From Spirochaetia bacterium (lineage in GTDB: Bacteria > Spirochaetota > Spirochaetia > DSM-2461): a stretch of DNA of 64,000 nt. The notes beneath the pieces were generated by a model. That model ran no database searches and was not told the DNA's origin. It was given only the letters and a program-made list of their open reading frames with translations. Shown here piece after piece: positions 19,980 to 28,884 of the stretch. Both the position numbers and the translations under genes were made by a program. The stretch lies in contig CAXXIA010000002.1 in NCBI GenBank assembly GCA_963666985.2, forward strand, positions 2,976,001 through 3,040,000. The letters are read 5' to 3'. Position 1 is the stretch's first letter; every line of letters begins with the position of its first letter.

Positions 19980-20955
19980 GTCCCCCAAGGTCAGCGTCAT
20001 CATTCCAACCCACAACCGCGGCTGGTGCATTAAGCGGGCCGTTGAATCGGTCCTGGCTCAAACCTTTCGGGATTTCGATCTCTGGATTATCGACGACGGG
20101 AGCACCGATGGAACGAGTGAGCTCGTTCGGCACATAGCCGCAACGGAACAGGGCATCCCGGTTCATTACCGACGCATTAATCATCAGGGCGTATCGGCCG
20201 CCCGAAATACCGGCGCGCGGCTCTCTTCCGGCCGATATCTGGCCTTTCTTGATTCGGACGATGAATGGATGAAGGAAAAACTGGCGCTTCAGGTGCCCCT
20301 GCTTGATGAGTATCCCGAGGCGGCTCTGGTTCATACCCGCGAGCAATGGATTCGAAACGGCAAGCGGGTCAACATTCCCAAAGCTTATGAAAAGTCCGGC
20401 GGCTGGGTGTACCGGCAATGCCTGCCGCTCTGCATGATTGGGCCGTCAACGGTTGTGATTCGCCGAGAAGTGTTCGATGAGGCCGGCGGCTTTGATGAAT
20501 CCTTTCCGGCCTGTGAAGACTACGATCTTTGGCTCAAAATCACTTCCCGCCGGCCGGTTGTTCTCTGTGATGAAGAACTGATTGTGAAATACGGCGGGCA
20601 CAATCAGCTTTCTACCCAAATGCCGGTTCTGGATTCCTGGCGCATCAAAGCCCTCTGCGGGAGTCTTGAAGATTTACGCACTCGGGCAGACGTTCGGCCT
20701 GACCAAGCTGCTCAGTCTGACTCTGTCGCCCAGACCACCCGCATTTCCCGTGACTCCCGGACAAGCGGCAATGATGTCGCACCAGCTCCCTGTGGCGGAG
20801 AAACTTCTGCCGACCGGATTGCCGCGACAATCCGGGAAATCAAGAAAAAAGCGGCCGTGGTTATCAACGGTTACAGGAAGCACGGCCGACCGGAAGAAGC
20901 GGAAAAACTCTCCCGGGAAATCCAAACGGTGCTGGGGAATACGGCGGACATCTGA
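19918..20955 (+). CDS. Glycosyltransferase family 2
   Basis: VSVIIPTHNR, IIDDGSTD, GVSAARNTG, FLDSDD, CEDYDLWL. Start uncertain because it lies inside the palindromic element. Confidence 0.92.
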   Translation: MSISSTAERSLRTKGAFLHEPSPKVSVIIPTHNRGWCIKRAVESVLAQTFRDFDLWIIDDGSTDGTSELVRHIAATEQGIPVHYRRINHQGVSAARNTGARLSSGRYLAFLDSDDEWMKEKLALQVPLLDEYPEAALVHTREQWIRNGKRVNIPKAYEKSGGWVYRQCLPLCMIGPSTVVIRREVFDEAGGFDESFPACEDYDLWLKITSRRPVVLCDEELIVKYGGHNQLSTQMPVLDSWRIKALCGSLEDLRTRADVRPDQAAQSDSVAQTTRISRDSRTSGNDVAPAPCGGETSADRIAATIREIKKKAAVVINGYRKHGRPEEAEKLSREIQTVLGNTADI

Positions 20956-21039
20956 GTCAGTGTTTTCCTGTAGGTTTCGGCATTTCTCGGCAGTTCGTGA
21001 TAGAATAAACAATATATCACTGATATCCCGGAGGCTCCC

Positions 21040-22264
21040 ATGATACTCCGTCGTTTTGCTCTTGGCGCCATAGTTCTGTTTGCCGCTGTTTCCTCACTTT
21101 CTTCTCAGGAGAACAAGACCGCGCTGATCATCGGCAACAGCTCTTACTCTCATTTCTCGCGATTAACTCAGCCGGTGGGCGAGGCCCGGCAGATGAGCGC
21201 CGCCTTGCGGCGTCTGGGGTTTGATGTGACTTTGCTTCTGGACGGGACTCAGGATGAGATGTACGGAGCCTTGACCGATTTTGAGTATAAGCTCAAATCC
21301 CGTGGCGGCCTGGCATTTTTTCATTTCGGCGGGCACGGCGTGCAGGTGGACGGGGCGAATTATCTCATTCCGGTGGACTCTGAAATTCCCGACGAGAGGC
21401 GGGTGAAGAGCCGGGCCCTGGATGTGGACGAAATCCTCGGTTTGATGGAATCATCGGGCAGTGATACCAATGTGATAATTCTGGATGCCTGCCGGGACAA
21501 TCCTCTTCCCGCCGGTAGCCGCAGCGGAACCCGCGGACTGGCCGCGGTGCACAGGCCGCCGCCGAACTCTATCATCGTCTATGCCGCCGATGCCGGAGAC
21601 ACCGCGCAGGACGGACTTTTTACACCGACGCTGCTGAAGTATCTCGAAACTCCCGGCGGCACTTTCCGGATGGGCTCGAATAATGGCGATGATGATGAGA
21701 AACCTATCCATAGCGTGACGGTGAGTGATTTCTGGATTGGAGAGCATGAGGTAACGCAGGGTGAATGGCGGGAGGTGATGGGCACCACGATCAGCCGGCA
21801 GAGAGACAAAGCGAATCCCGACTGGTCCTTAAAAGGAGAATATCAGTTGCAACTTCAACGCGAACGGGTACCGTCTGCCAACCGAGGCCGAGTGGGAGTA
21901 TGCGGCTCGGGGAGGTGCATCCGGCAGGGATACTACGTATGCGGGCGGCAATTCTCTTGGAAATTTGGGCTGGTATAGTGATAATTCGGGAAGGAGTACT
22001 CATCCGGTAGGCCGGAAGGCTCCCAATGAGCTGGGTCTGTACGATATGAGCGGCAATGTCTGGGAGTGGTGCTGGGACTGGTATGGGAGTTATTCTTCGG
22101 GGAGCCAGAATAACCCGGCCGGTACGCCCTCGGGCTCGATCCGTGTGAGACGCGGCGGCAGTTGGGACTTTCGCGCTTCGTTCTGCCGGACGGCCGATCG
22201 GGACTACGGCAGTCCGGGTATCCGCTTCGACTACCTGGGCTTCCGCCTGGCTCGCCGCCCCTAG
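21040..22264 (+). pseudogene. Secreted caspase-like (C14) + FGE-sulfatase/CLec-fold gene, internally deleted and frameshifted
   Basis: Signal peptide; caspase dyad FGGHG and LDACRDNP; then GGTFRMGS, HEVTQ. Frame switches near 21838 into YRLPTEAEWEYAARGG, NELGLYDMSGNVWEWCWD, RGGSW, LGFRLAR. Confidence 0.8.
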
Positions 22265-22352
22265 TACGACCGGGGAAAAATACGTACTTTTTCGGATAAA
22301 ATACTTTCACATAACTAAGCGGTAGAGTCGAAATGAAAAAGAGAAAGAGCCT

Positions 22353-23537
22353 ATGCGTAAAGAAACCAGCAAACTGATTCTAAAAAAAGGAAGAGAGAAA
22401 GCGGTATTAAATCATCATCCCTGGCTTTTCTCAGGGTCGGTACAGGAAATCATTGGAACACCGGTTAACGGCGACATTATTCAGGTCTGCGACAGTAAGC
22501 ACAATTATATCGGTACCGGTTTTATGAATCCGGGGAAGTCTTTGACGGTCAGGTTTCTGAGCTTCGAGGATTTGCCGATTAACGGGGCTTTCTGGGAAAA
22601 TCGCATAGAAAGAGCACTTGGTTTCCGTAAAAATCTTATCAATGAGAACACCGATGCCTACAGGCTTATCCATGGAGAGGGCGATATGATGCCCGGGCTG
22701 ACCGTGGATCAATATGCCGATTATCTTGTAACTCAGATATCGACAAGCGGCATGGAAAGGGTGAAAGAGCAACTATACGAGATTCTGCTGGAAAAAACCG
22801 GGGCCCTTGGACTCTACGAAAAAAACAACTTTTCCTCGCGGAAATCTGAGAAATTGCCCCTATACGAGGCTGTTTTTCAGGGAAGTATTCCCGAAGAGAT
22901 TCCAATAACGGAAAACGGATATAAGTTTCAGGTCAATATAAGAACCGGACAAAAAACGGGATTCTTTCTTGATCAACGGGATAACCGTACCTGCGTTAAG
23001 AACTTATCCGAAGGGAGAAAGGTTTTAAATGCCTGCTGCTACACCGGCGGATTTACCATTTACGCCGCCGCCGGTGGCGCTCGGAGCACATTAAGCTTGG
23101 ATATTTCGGAAAACGCGTTGAAGGCGGCGCAAGAGAATATGCGTCTTAACGGGTTTGACTCTGAAAATCACGGATATGAAACCGGAAACATATTCGACAA
23201 GCTGAAAACATACAAAGATGAGAATTTTAACCTGATCGTGCTGGATCCGCCGGCCTTTGCGAAAAGCAGAGAAACGGTAAACTCGGCCGCAAGGGGATAC
23301 AAGGAAATCAACAGGCAGGCTTTGAGCATCATGGCCCCCGGAGGGATTCTTGTTACCTGTTCCTGCTCACAGCACGTGGATAGAAATCTGTTTCAAAAAA
23401 TCGTTCACGACGCGGCAATCGAGGCCGGAAGATTTATCAGAGTGATTGAATATCGATCACAAGCATCGGATCATCCGATAAGCATGGATCTTCCCGAAGG
23501 GGAATATCTGAAATGCCTGATTGTATATGTGGAATGA
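22353..23537 (+). CDS. rlmI: RlmI-like 23S rRNA m5C1962 methyltransferase
   Basis: PUA-domain HPWLFSG, GQKTGFFLDQRDNR, LDPPAF, TCSCS, YLK. Confidence 0.88.
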   Translation: MRKETSKLILKKGREKAVLNHHPWLFSGSVQEIIGTPVNGDIIQVCDSKHNYIGTGFMNPGKSLTVRFLSFEDLPINGAFWENRIERALGFRKNLINENTDAYRLIHGEGDMMPGLTVDQYADYLVTQISTSGMERVKEQLYEILLEKTGALGLYEKNNFSSRKSEKLPLYEAVFQGSIPEEIPITENGYKFQVNIRTGQKTGFFLDQRDNRTCVKNLSEGRKVLNACCYTGGFTIYAAAGGARSTLSLDISENALKAAQENMRLNGFDSENHGYETGNIFDKLKTYKDENFNLIVLDPPAFAKSRETVNSAARGYKEINRQALSIMAPGGILVTCSCSQHVDRNLFQKIVHDAAIEAGRFIRVIEYRSQASDHPISMDLPEGEYLKCLIVYVE

Positions 23538-23551
23538 ATCTTCGAATGGAA

Positions 23552-24838
23552 TCATCCGGCCCTGCTGATTCTCTTTCTCATCATTTCCCTCAGCCATAAC
23601 CCCGGCCTTGAAGCGGTCAGCGTTAATGGAGCGTAAAACGCCCAGAAAGCGGAGCAGTCCTGAACGACGATGCCGGCGGCCCTAAGGAACATCGCGGCGA
23701 TCAGCCCCAAAAGATTCACCGTCCAGAACCAGGAAAGAACGATTTGAGCTTTTCGGCGCCGCTCTTCGGATGATTTTCGGCCGAGGAAAACAGACAAAGG
23801 CACCAGGGCGAACAAAATCGTGGGAAAAGCCGGCCAGAGATTCAAGTTGCCGTGAGCCGCGAAATGGTCGGTGAAGGCCATGAGAAATCCGAGCAGACCC
23901 CCGGGGAGTCCGACGATAAGGATAATCAGGGTTCCTGTAATTCCTGCCGTGGCGTGTTTCCAACGGCCGGCACCGGAGTGTTGAGGCGGCCGAAATAAAA
24001 ACGCCCAAAGAACGGAAAGCAGCAGGCCGAAGAGAGCGGCAATCGGCCAAAGAACCTTCGGCGAATCGGGAACCGGCGGACGCGTCGAGGTTTTCAGAAC
24101 GAGAGGATCGCCGGCCAATGTCCTCCTGATGCCGCCGCTGTCGATATAGGTGAGTTTCATCGATTCCTCGGCCACACGCTGCGGAAGGAACATCATGTCC
24201 CATTTATCAACCGGTACATCCGATGAAGGACCGAGGAGAAAATGAAGAAGAAATTCGGCGGCAACAGACTCATGCGCTCCTGTTCTGGCGTAATGCCGAA
24301 AGGTTAAATCCGGCCGGTTTTCCGTCGCGGCCTTCAATTGACCGCCGGTGGAATCGTTTAAAATGTCGCGGATAATCGTGGAGCAGTTATTCAGAAAGTA
24401 GTCGTAAAGGTATTCTCTGTTTTCGGGCAGAACCCACCGGCGCAGTACCCGCCGGAGTTCTTGAATCTCGTTATCGCCGAGATTCAAAGGATAAACGGTC
24501 AAATCCCGATCTTCCATCTGAGAGTAGCGGAGAAAGGTGTCCGTCGGGGTTTTCAGGCCGAGGTAGATCATCTTCCCCATGGCGAAATCCCTATAGAAAT
24601 TCTCTGAATAAAACGAAAAATTACCAAAGTCGTAAAACAGGCTCTCTCCCGTATCGGTTTGCTCGATAGCGAGGCCGATGTGTCCCCAATAGGTATAAAT
24701 AGGATCCCCCGGACCGACGATGATCAGCTCCGCTTTCAGGTTTTTATCGGCAAAAACGGGTATGAGAGACGAAACGAAGAGCAGGAAGATCAAATTTAGA
24801 CGAAAAAAGTGGTTTTTAGGGCGAAGAAATGACGTCAT
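23552..24838 (-). CDS. DUF4105 membrane protein (Lnb-like)
   Basis: Signal peptide; WGHIGL, YDFGNF, YLYDYFLNNCST; C-terminal TM bundle. Confidence 0.8.
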   Translation of the reverse strand: MTSFLRPKNHFFRLNLIFLLFVSSLIPVFADKNLKAELIIVGPGDPIYTYWGHIGLAIEQTDTGESLFYDFGNFSFYSENFYRDFAMGKMIYLGLKTPTDTFLRYSQMEDRDLTVYPLNLGDNEIQELRRVLRRWVLPENREYLYDYFLNNCSTIIRDILNDSTGGQLKAATENRPDLTFRHYARTGAHESVAAEFLLHFLLGPSSDVPVDKWDMMFLPQRVAEESMKLTYIDSGGIRRTLAGDPLVLKTSTRPPVPDSPKVLWPIAALFGLLLSVLWAFLFRPPQHSGAGRWKHATAGITGTLIILIVGLPGGLLGFLMAFTDHFAAHGNLNLWPAFPTILFALVPLSVFLGRKSSEERRRKAQIVLSWFWTVNLLGLIAAMFLRAAGIVVQDCSAFWAFYAPLTLTASRPGLWLREMMRKRISRAG

Positions 24839-24887
24839 AGAATAATCATAGGTCTCTTTAGGGGAGGACGGGAACCGGGATTAGGGG

Positions 24888-24893
24888 TATAAT
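24888..24893 (+). promoter_or_regulatory. Sigma70 -10 element (TATAAT) of the histone gene
   Basis: Perfect TATAAT 32 nt upstream of the ATG, followed by an AAGGAG SD. Confidence 0.6.
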
Positions 24894-24925
24894 ATGGAGA
24901 ACTACTGTCAACGAAGGAGCCCGCA

Positions 24926-25111
24926 ATGGCTGAAAAAGAAACCTTGGTAATTGCCTCGAAAGTGAAGGCATACATCAAAACGACCGCCGACATGAAGTGT
25001 TCGGCCGCCGTCATCGACGTCCTCTCCGATAAAATTCGCGAAATGTGCGATACAGCTATCGAGAATGCCAAGGCCGCGAAAAGAAAGACTGTCCAAGACA
25101 AGGATTTCTAA
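24926..25111 (+). CDS. Bacterial histone-fold protein (Bd0055/HBb-like singlet)
   Basis: MAEKETLVIASKVKAYIK...MKCSAAVIDVLS..I..MC..AIENAKAAKRKTVQDKDF. Three-helix histone fold with RKTV...D motif, matching the pattern of Bdellovibrio and Leptospira histones. Confidence 0.9.
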   Translation: MAEKETLVIASKVKAYIKTTADMKCSAAVIDVLSDKIREMCDTAIENAKAAKRKTVQDKDF

Positions 25112-25160
25112 AAGACTTTCTTTTCCGAAACCGGAAATACCGGATTTACACATTTATTTG

Positions 25161-25199
25161 AAAAGGCTGTCCGTGAGGGCGGCCTTTTTTGCTTTTTTT
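25161..25199 (+). terminator. Rho-independent terminator after the histone gene
   Basis: AAAAGGCTGTCC-GTGA-GGGCGGCCTTTT followed by further T runs. Confidence 0.85.
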
Positions 25200-25369
25200 C
25201 TTATGGGCGTTCCCGAGAAAATCATTTTTGGGAAAATCTCATTAGGGTATTCCGCGTTCAACATCAGCTGTGATAAATTGATGGAAAGCTGGGCTGGGGC
25301 CGGTATTCCGTATCATAGTGATTAATATTCGGTTGTCAGTGGTTCGAATCCTAAAAAGAGTTAATTATA

Positions 25370-26532
25370 ATGAATCATCAGCGATTGCTGGATAAAATCA
25401 ACCGCCTTTATTTTGACACCATAGACGATTCCATCTACCCCGACCTTTATTCGCACGGTTATTCCAGGCTTCCTTCGCTGAGCTTGGAAGAAAACAGGCA
25501 GTGGAATATCTGGCATAAGATTGTCAGTGACGACACGATGGATCATGGGATGAAAACCGAGAGTCTCTGCGCCGTTTTGTACGAGATTGATCGGGATACC
25601 AATAAATTCAACCGGCGAACCGCGGTTCTGTACCAACAGCCGGAGATTATCGATCAGGATTTTATCGACGGATTTCGCGGAGATCTGAAAACACTGGCGG
25701 AAACGGTTGTCTATAATCCTCAGACGGAAATCGCCCTCTCGGACAATCATACTCCTTTTACTCATGAACGGCGCTCTCGGGGATGGCGCTGGTTTCTTAT
25801 TGGGCTTGCGGCTGCTCTGATTGAGGGCGCCGCCGTTTGGTACGACATTTCCAAGGTCTCGATTACATTCCCTATAACAGCAGCATTCTTTGGGGTGTTT
25901 TCGGACTGTTTCCCCTTTTGGCCGGACTGGGAGCCGCCGCTTTGTCGCGAATCCGAAGATCTCGGCGCGCGGCGGTCAGTCACCGGCGTTATCGCCGGGA
26001 TTATGCCGTCGTCGTGGACAGACTCAATCTCGCGATTTTCAGCGGCAGCGGTTATGCCTTCGGCGCCGATGTCGTTAAAGAGCTGAACATCCGCAAAGAG
26101 CTGGAATTGGCGGAAGCTCGGAAACGGATTGAGGAACAGCAGGCTCGGATTCGCGAAAAAGAGCTCGTCGACGTCGAGCATAATCTGGATCATCGGGAAA
26201 AAATGCGCATTTTCGAGGAAATGGAATTCCAGATGAAGCTCGATGATGCGGAAGTAAAAAGCCTGCACCTTCAGGTATCGACTCTCATCGAATGCATGAA
26301 CCTGTTGAAAATCATGAAAGAAACTCCGGAACTGTACGAAGAGGCTCGGGAACGCTTCGGCCTGGAGCATATGCAGAAGCTCATTGAGTATGCCGTTGGT
26401 ACGGATTTACCGATTCCGGAAGATTTCGACGACTCCAAGAAACCGGCGAAGATGGAAAGTTCCGAAGAAGATCACGAAACCGTAAAAAGCATAAAGGGAT
26501 CGGGAAGAGCGGGAAAGAAAACCGTCCGCTAG
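25370..26532 (+). pseudogene. Hypothetical 2-TM coiled-coil protein split by one frameshift (pseudogene or sequence error)
   Basis: Overlapping ORFs 25370-26086 and 25837-26532 join into a continuous second TM helix and coiled coil if one base is added in TTTGGGGTGTTTT (25889-25901). Confidence 0.6.
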
Positions 26533-27042
26533 AGTGTTTTCTTCTCAAATGGTGATGATTTTATCACTCAAGGAGAGGGCCTTAAGGATTTAAAGCCGAT
26601 GGCCGAATCGGCGGTTCGAGCAGCGGCGATACCGGTGTGGTATCCCGGATATTCTTTCATAGGAAATCGGCTTGCGGATACGCATCGTTTTGTTGCGAAA
26701 ATGCCCAAAGAGACGTTGATAATTCCCCGTCGAGCTCAATCCGTTCCGTAATCCGTATGAGAAATATTTACTGGAATTCATAAGAAGTTCTTCCGGTATA
26801 AAATAAAAGCCGGCAATAACAATCGTTCAATGATGAACATCAAGATATTTTATCGCTCAAACCAAGCGAAAAATGATGCGTGGAGAAGTGCATTAAGCCG
26901 AAAGGAAATAGAGTTGACTCTGAACCGCATTGAAGAAAGTCTGCATCAATATTTGGATGAACAACATTGAAAAATGAAAAGTTTGACGGGTTTTTTTTAG
27001 TCTGAGGTTTTGTTAATTTCTCGGGAAGACTGGCCGTACCCG

Positions 27043-27964
27043 CTACATATAGTTAAACAGTTTTTGGAGACGATCTTCGACTGTGCCGGCAATACAGGGA
27101 TGAACCACATATTCACCAATAATCTCCGGATGTCTGGAAATTTGATGATGGGGAATAACGGTTATTGTGGAATTGTAGCGTTTGCAGGTAAGAGCGAAGG
27201 GCTCTTTGAAAAGATGGACGGTTGATTTGCGGAACTCCATATCATGAAATGGAATAGATTGACGAAAGACATGTTTCCGTTCTATTTGCGAAAGCAGCAG
27301 AAAATTGAAAACGACTTGGTCGTCCTGAAGACCGAACACCATTAATATGGCCTTTTTCAGGATTCTTTTTGTTCTTTCGTTTGAGTCGACACGAAAAAAG
27401 CCGCAGCAAAGAGTGAATCCTGTTTTGTTAAGGATTTTTCTGGGGAGTGTTAATCCTTGAGAAAAAATAAAGTCGCTATTGAAAGAATCCAGAATCTCCA
27501 TGGGGTTTTTCTTCCAGAGGGCATCCGTATCGGAATGAATGAAAGAAATACCGTTATTGATTAATTCGTAAAATATTTTAGTTCTTACTATCCAGATGAT
27601 GTTATTGTTTATTTCACTGAAAAATCTTGAAATATCGACGATTTTCAGTCCGTGACGACTGATTTCAGATTGTACTTTATCATCAAGGGCAAAGATGATG
27701 ATATTCTGAAATTCAAATTCTTTTTATTGTTTTAAACCATTGTCCGAATAACGGAAGAAAATTGGAATCGATGAATGAAATAATAACCTGATTTCTAAGT
27801 GATGTTTCTTTTATCGTATCAATATCTTTTTCAGTAAGAATATTCTTAAACAGATAGGGTTTTCTTAACCTCAGATGGACTCCTCTCCATATTGAATAAA
27901 GAGATGATTTATAAAAACGTTTAATTTTTTTCAGCGGAAAGAAAAGGTATTTTCTTAATGACAT
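27043..27964 (-). pseudogene. Nucleotide-diphospho-sugar transferase (GT77-like), frameshifted, AT-rich
   Basis: VIISFIDSNFLPL...W, then a frame switch at an A5 run (27721-27725) into IIIFALDD, IWIVRTKI, IHSDTDALWKKNP (DxD), LCCGFF, DDQVVFN. Confidence 0.7.
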
Positions 27965-28121
27965 AATTATCCTGAAGCCGTTCATAGATGAATCGCTTCT
28001 TTTCAGAGGACGATTTAACAATTTTTTAAGGATAATCTTAACGGTATAAGTAAATCAATACAAACTTTTTCTCAAACACAAATGCCGTCTGTGGCTCCGC
28101 ATATTTTATGAGGGCATAACG

Positions 28122-28814
28122 CTATTTAATCCTGTTGAAGAGCGGCCGCCGTTTTCCGAGTTTTTTATCCAGCTGAAGCTGTTCCGCGGCTTTTTTCTTT
28201 TCTTCGCGAATTTTTCGCATTTCCTTAAGCCGTGCTTCTTCGTCCAAAGCCATAATCCAGGGACTTAAGGGGCCTTGTTCTTCATCCTCGCTGTCTGTAG
28301 GGGCGTCCGATGTTTTTGATCGGACTTTGACTCGAACTTTCATTTTGGCGCCTTTACGGGATGTGCCGGTCATGGAGGCTCCGTCCATGGAAGCATCGGT
28401 TAAGTCGGCTCCTTTGAGAATTGCCCCCGAAAGGTTCGCCCTGTGAAAATCGGCGCCTCGTGCCCGAATGTCCGTCATTCGGGCGTTTTCAAGATTCGCG
28501 TCCGTTAATACCGCCCGGTTCATTCTCGCTCCGCTCAAGTCCGCTCCGCTCAAATCCGCTCCGCGGATTCGGGCATTGCTCAGATCGGCTCTGATAAGGA
28601 TGGAAGCCGAAAGGTTCGCGTCGCTCAGGTCCGCTCCGGAAAGATTGGCTTCACCGAGTTTCCTGCCGGCCAGATCCGCTCCGGCAAGGCGGGCCTGAAA
28701 CGAAGGACCGTTTTTTCGGACAAAGGTATTCCAGGAGGATATGTCGTCTTTATCCAGGGCTTCGATAAGAATGGCGAGGTGTCGGGGATTCCCTCGGAAG
28801 TCGTTATTCGGCAT
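28122..28814 (-). CDS. Pentapeptide repeat protein
   Basis: Tandem A(D/N)LSG-type repeats; GAGGAG SD. Confidence 0.93.
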   Translation of the reverse strand: MPNNDFRGNPRHLAILIEALDKDDISSWNTFVRKNGPSFQARLAGADLAGRKLGEANLSGADLSDANLSASILIRADLSNARIRGADLSGADLSGARMNRAVLTDANLENARMTDIRARGADFHRANLSGAILKGADLTDASMDGASMTGTSRKGAKMKVRVKVRSKTSDAPTDSEDEEQGPLSPWIMALDEEARLKEMRKIREEKKKAAEQLQLDKKLGKRRPLFNRIK

Positions 28815-28884
28815 GTCGGATCTCCTCGGTTCGAGGATGAATACTAGGCTATCGGCCGCTTCGTCTCAAGACGGCTCGATCGAT

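Noticed and set aside
21040..23537. A complete DGR cassette in the window
   Set aside because: No reverse transcriptase, avd or AAC-rich template repeat seen; only a candidate target is reported.
28380..28700. 15-bp periodic repeats as a possible CRISPR array or tandem repeat element
   Set aside because: Fully explained by pentapeptide-repeat coding; no spacers.
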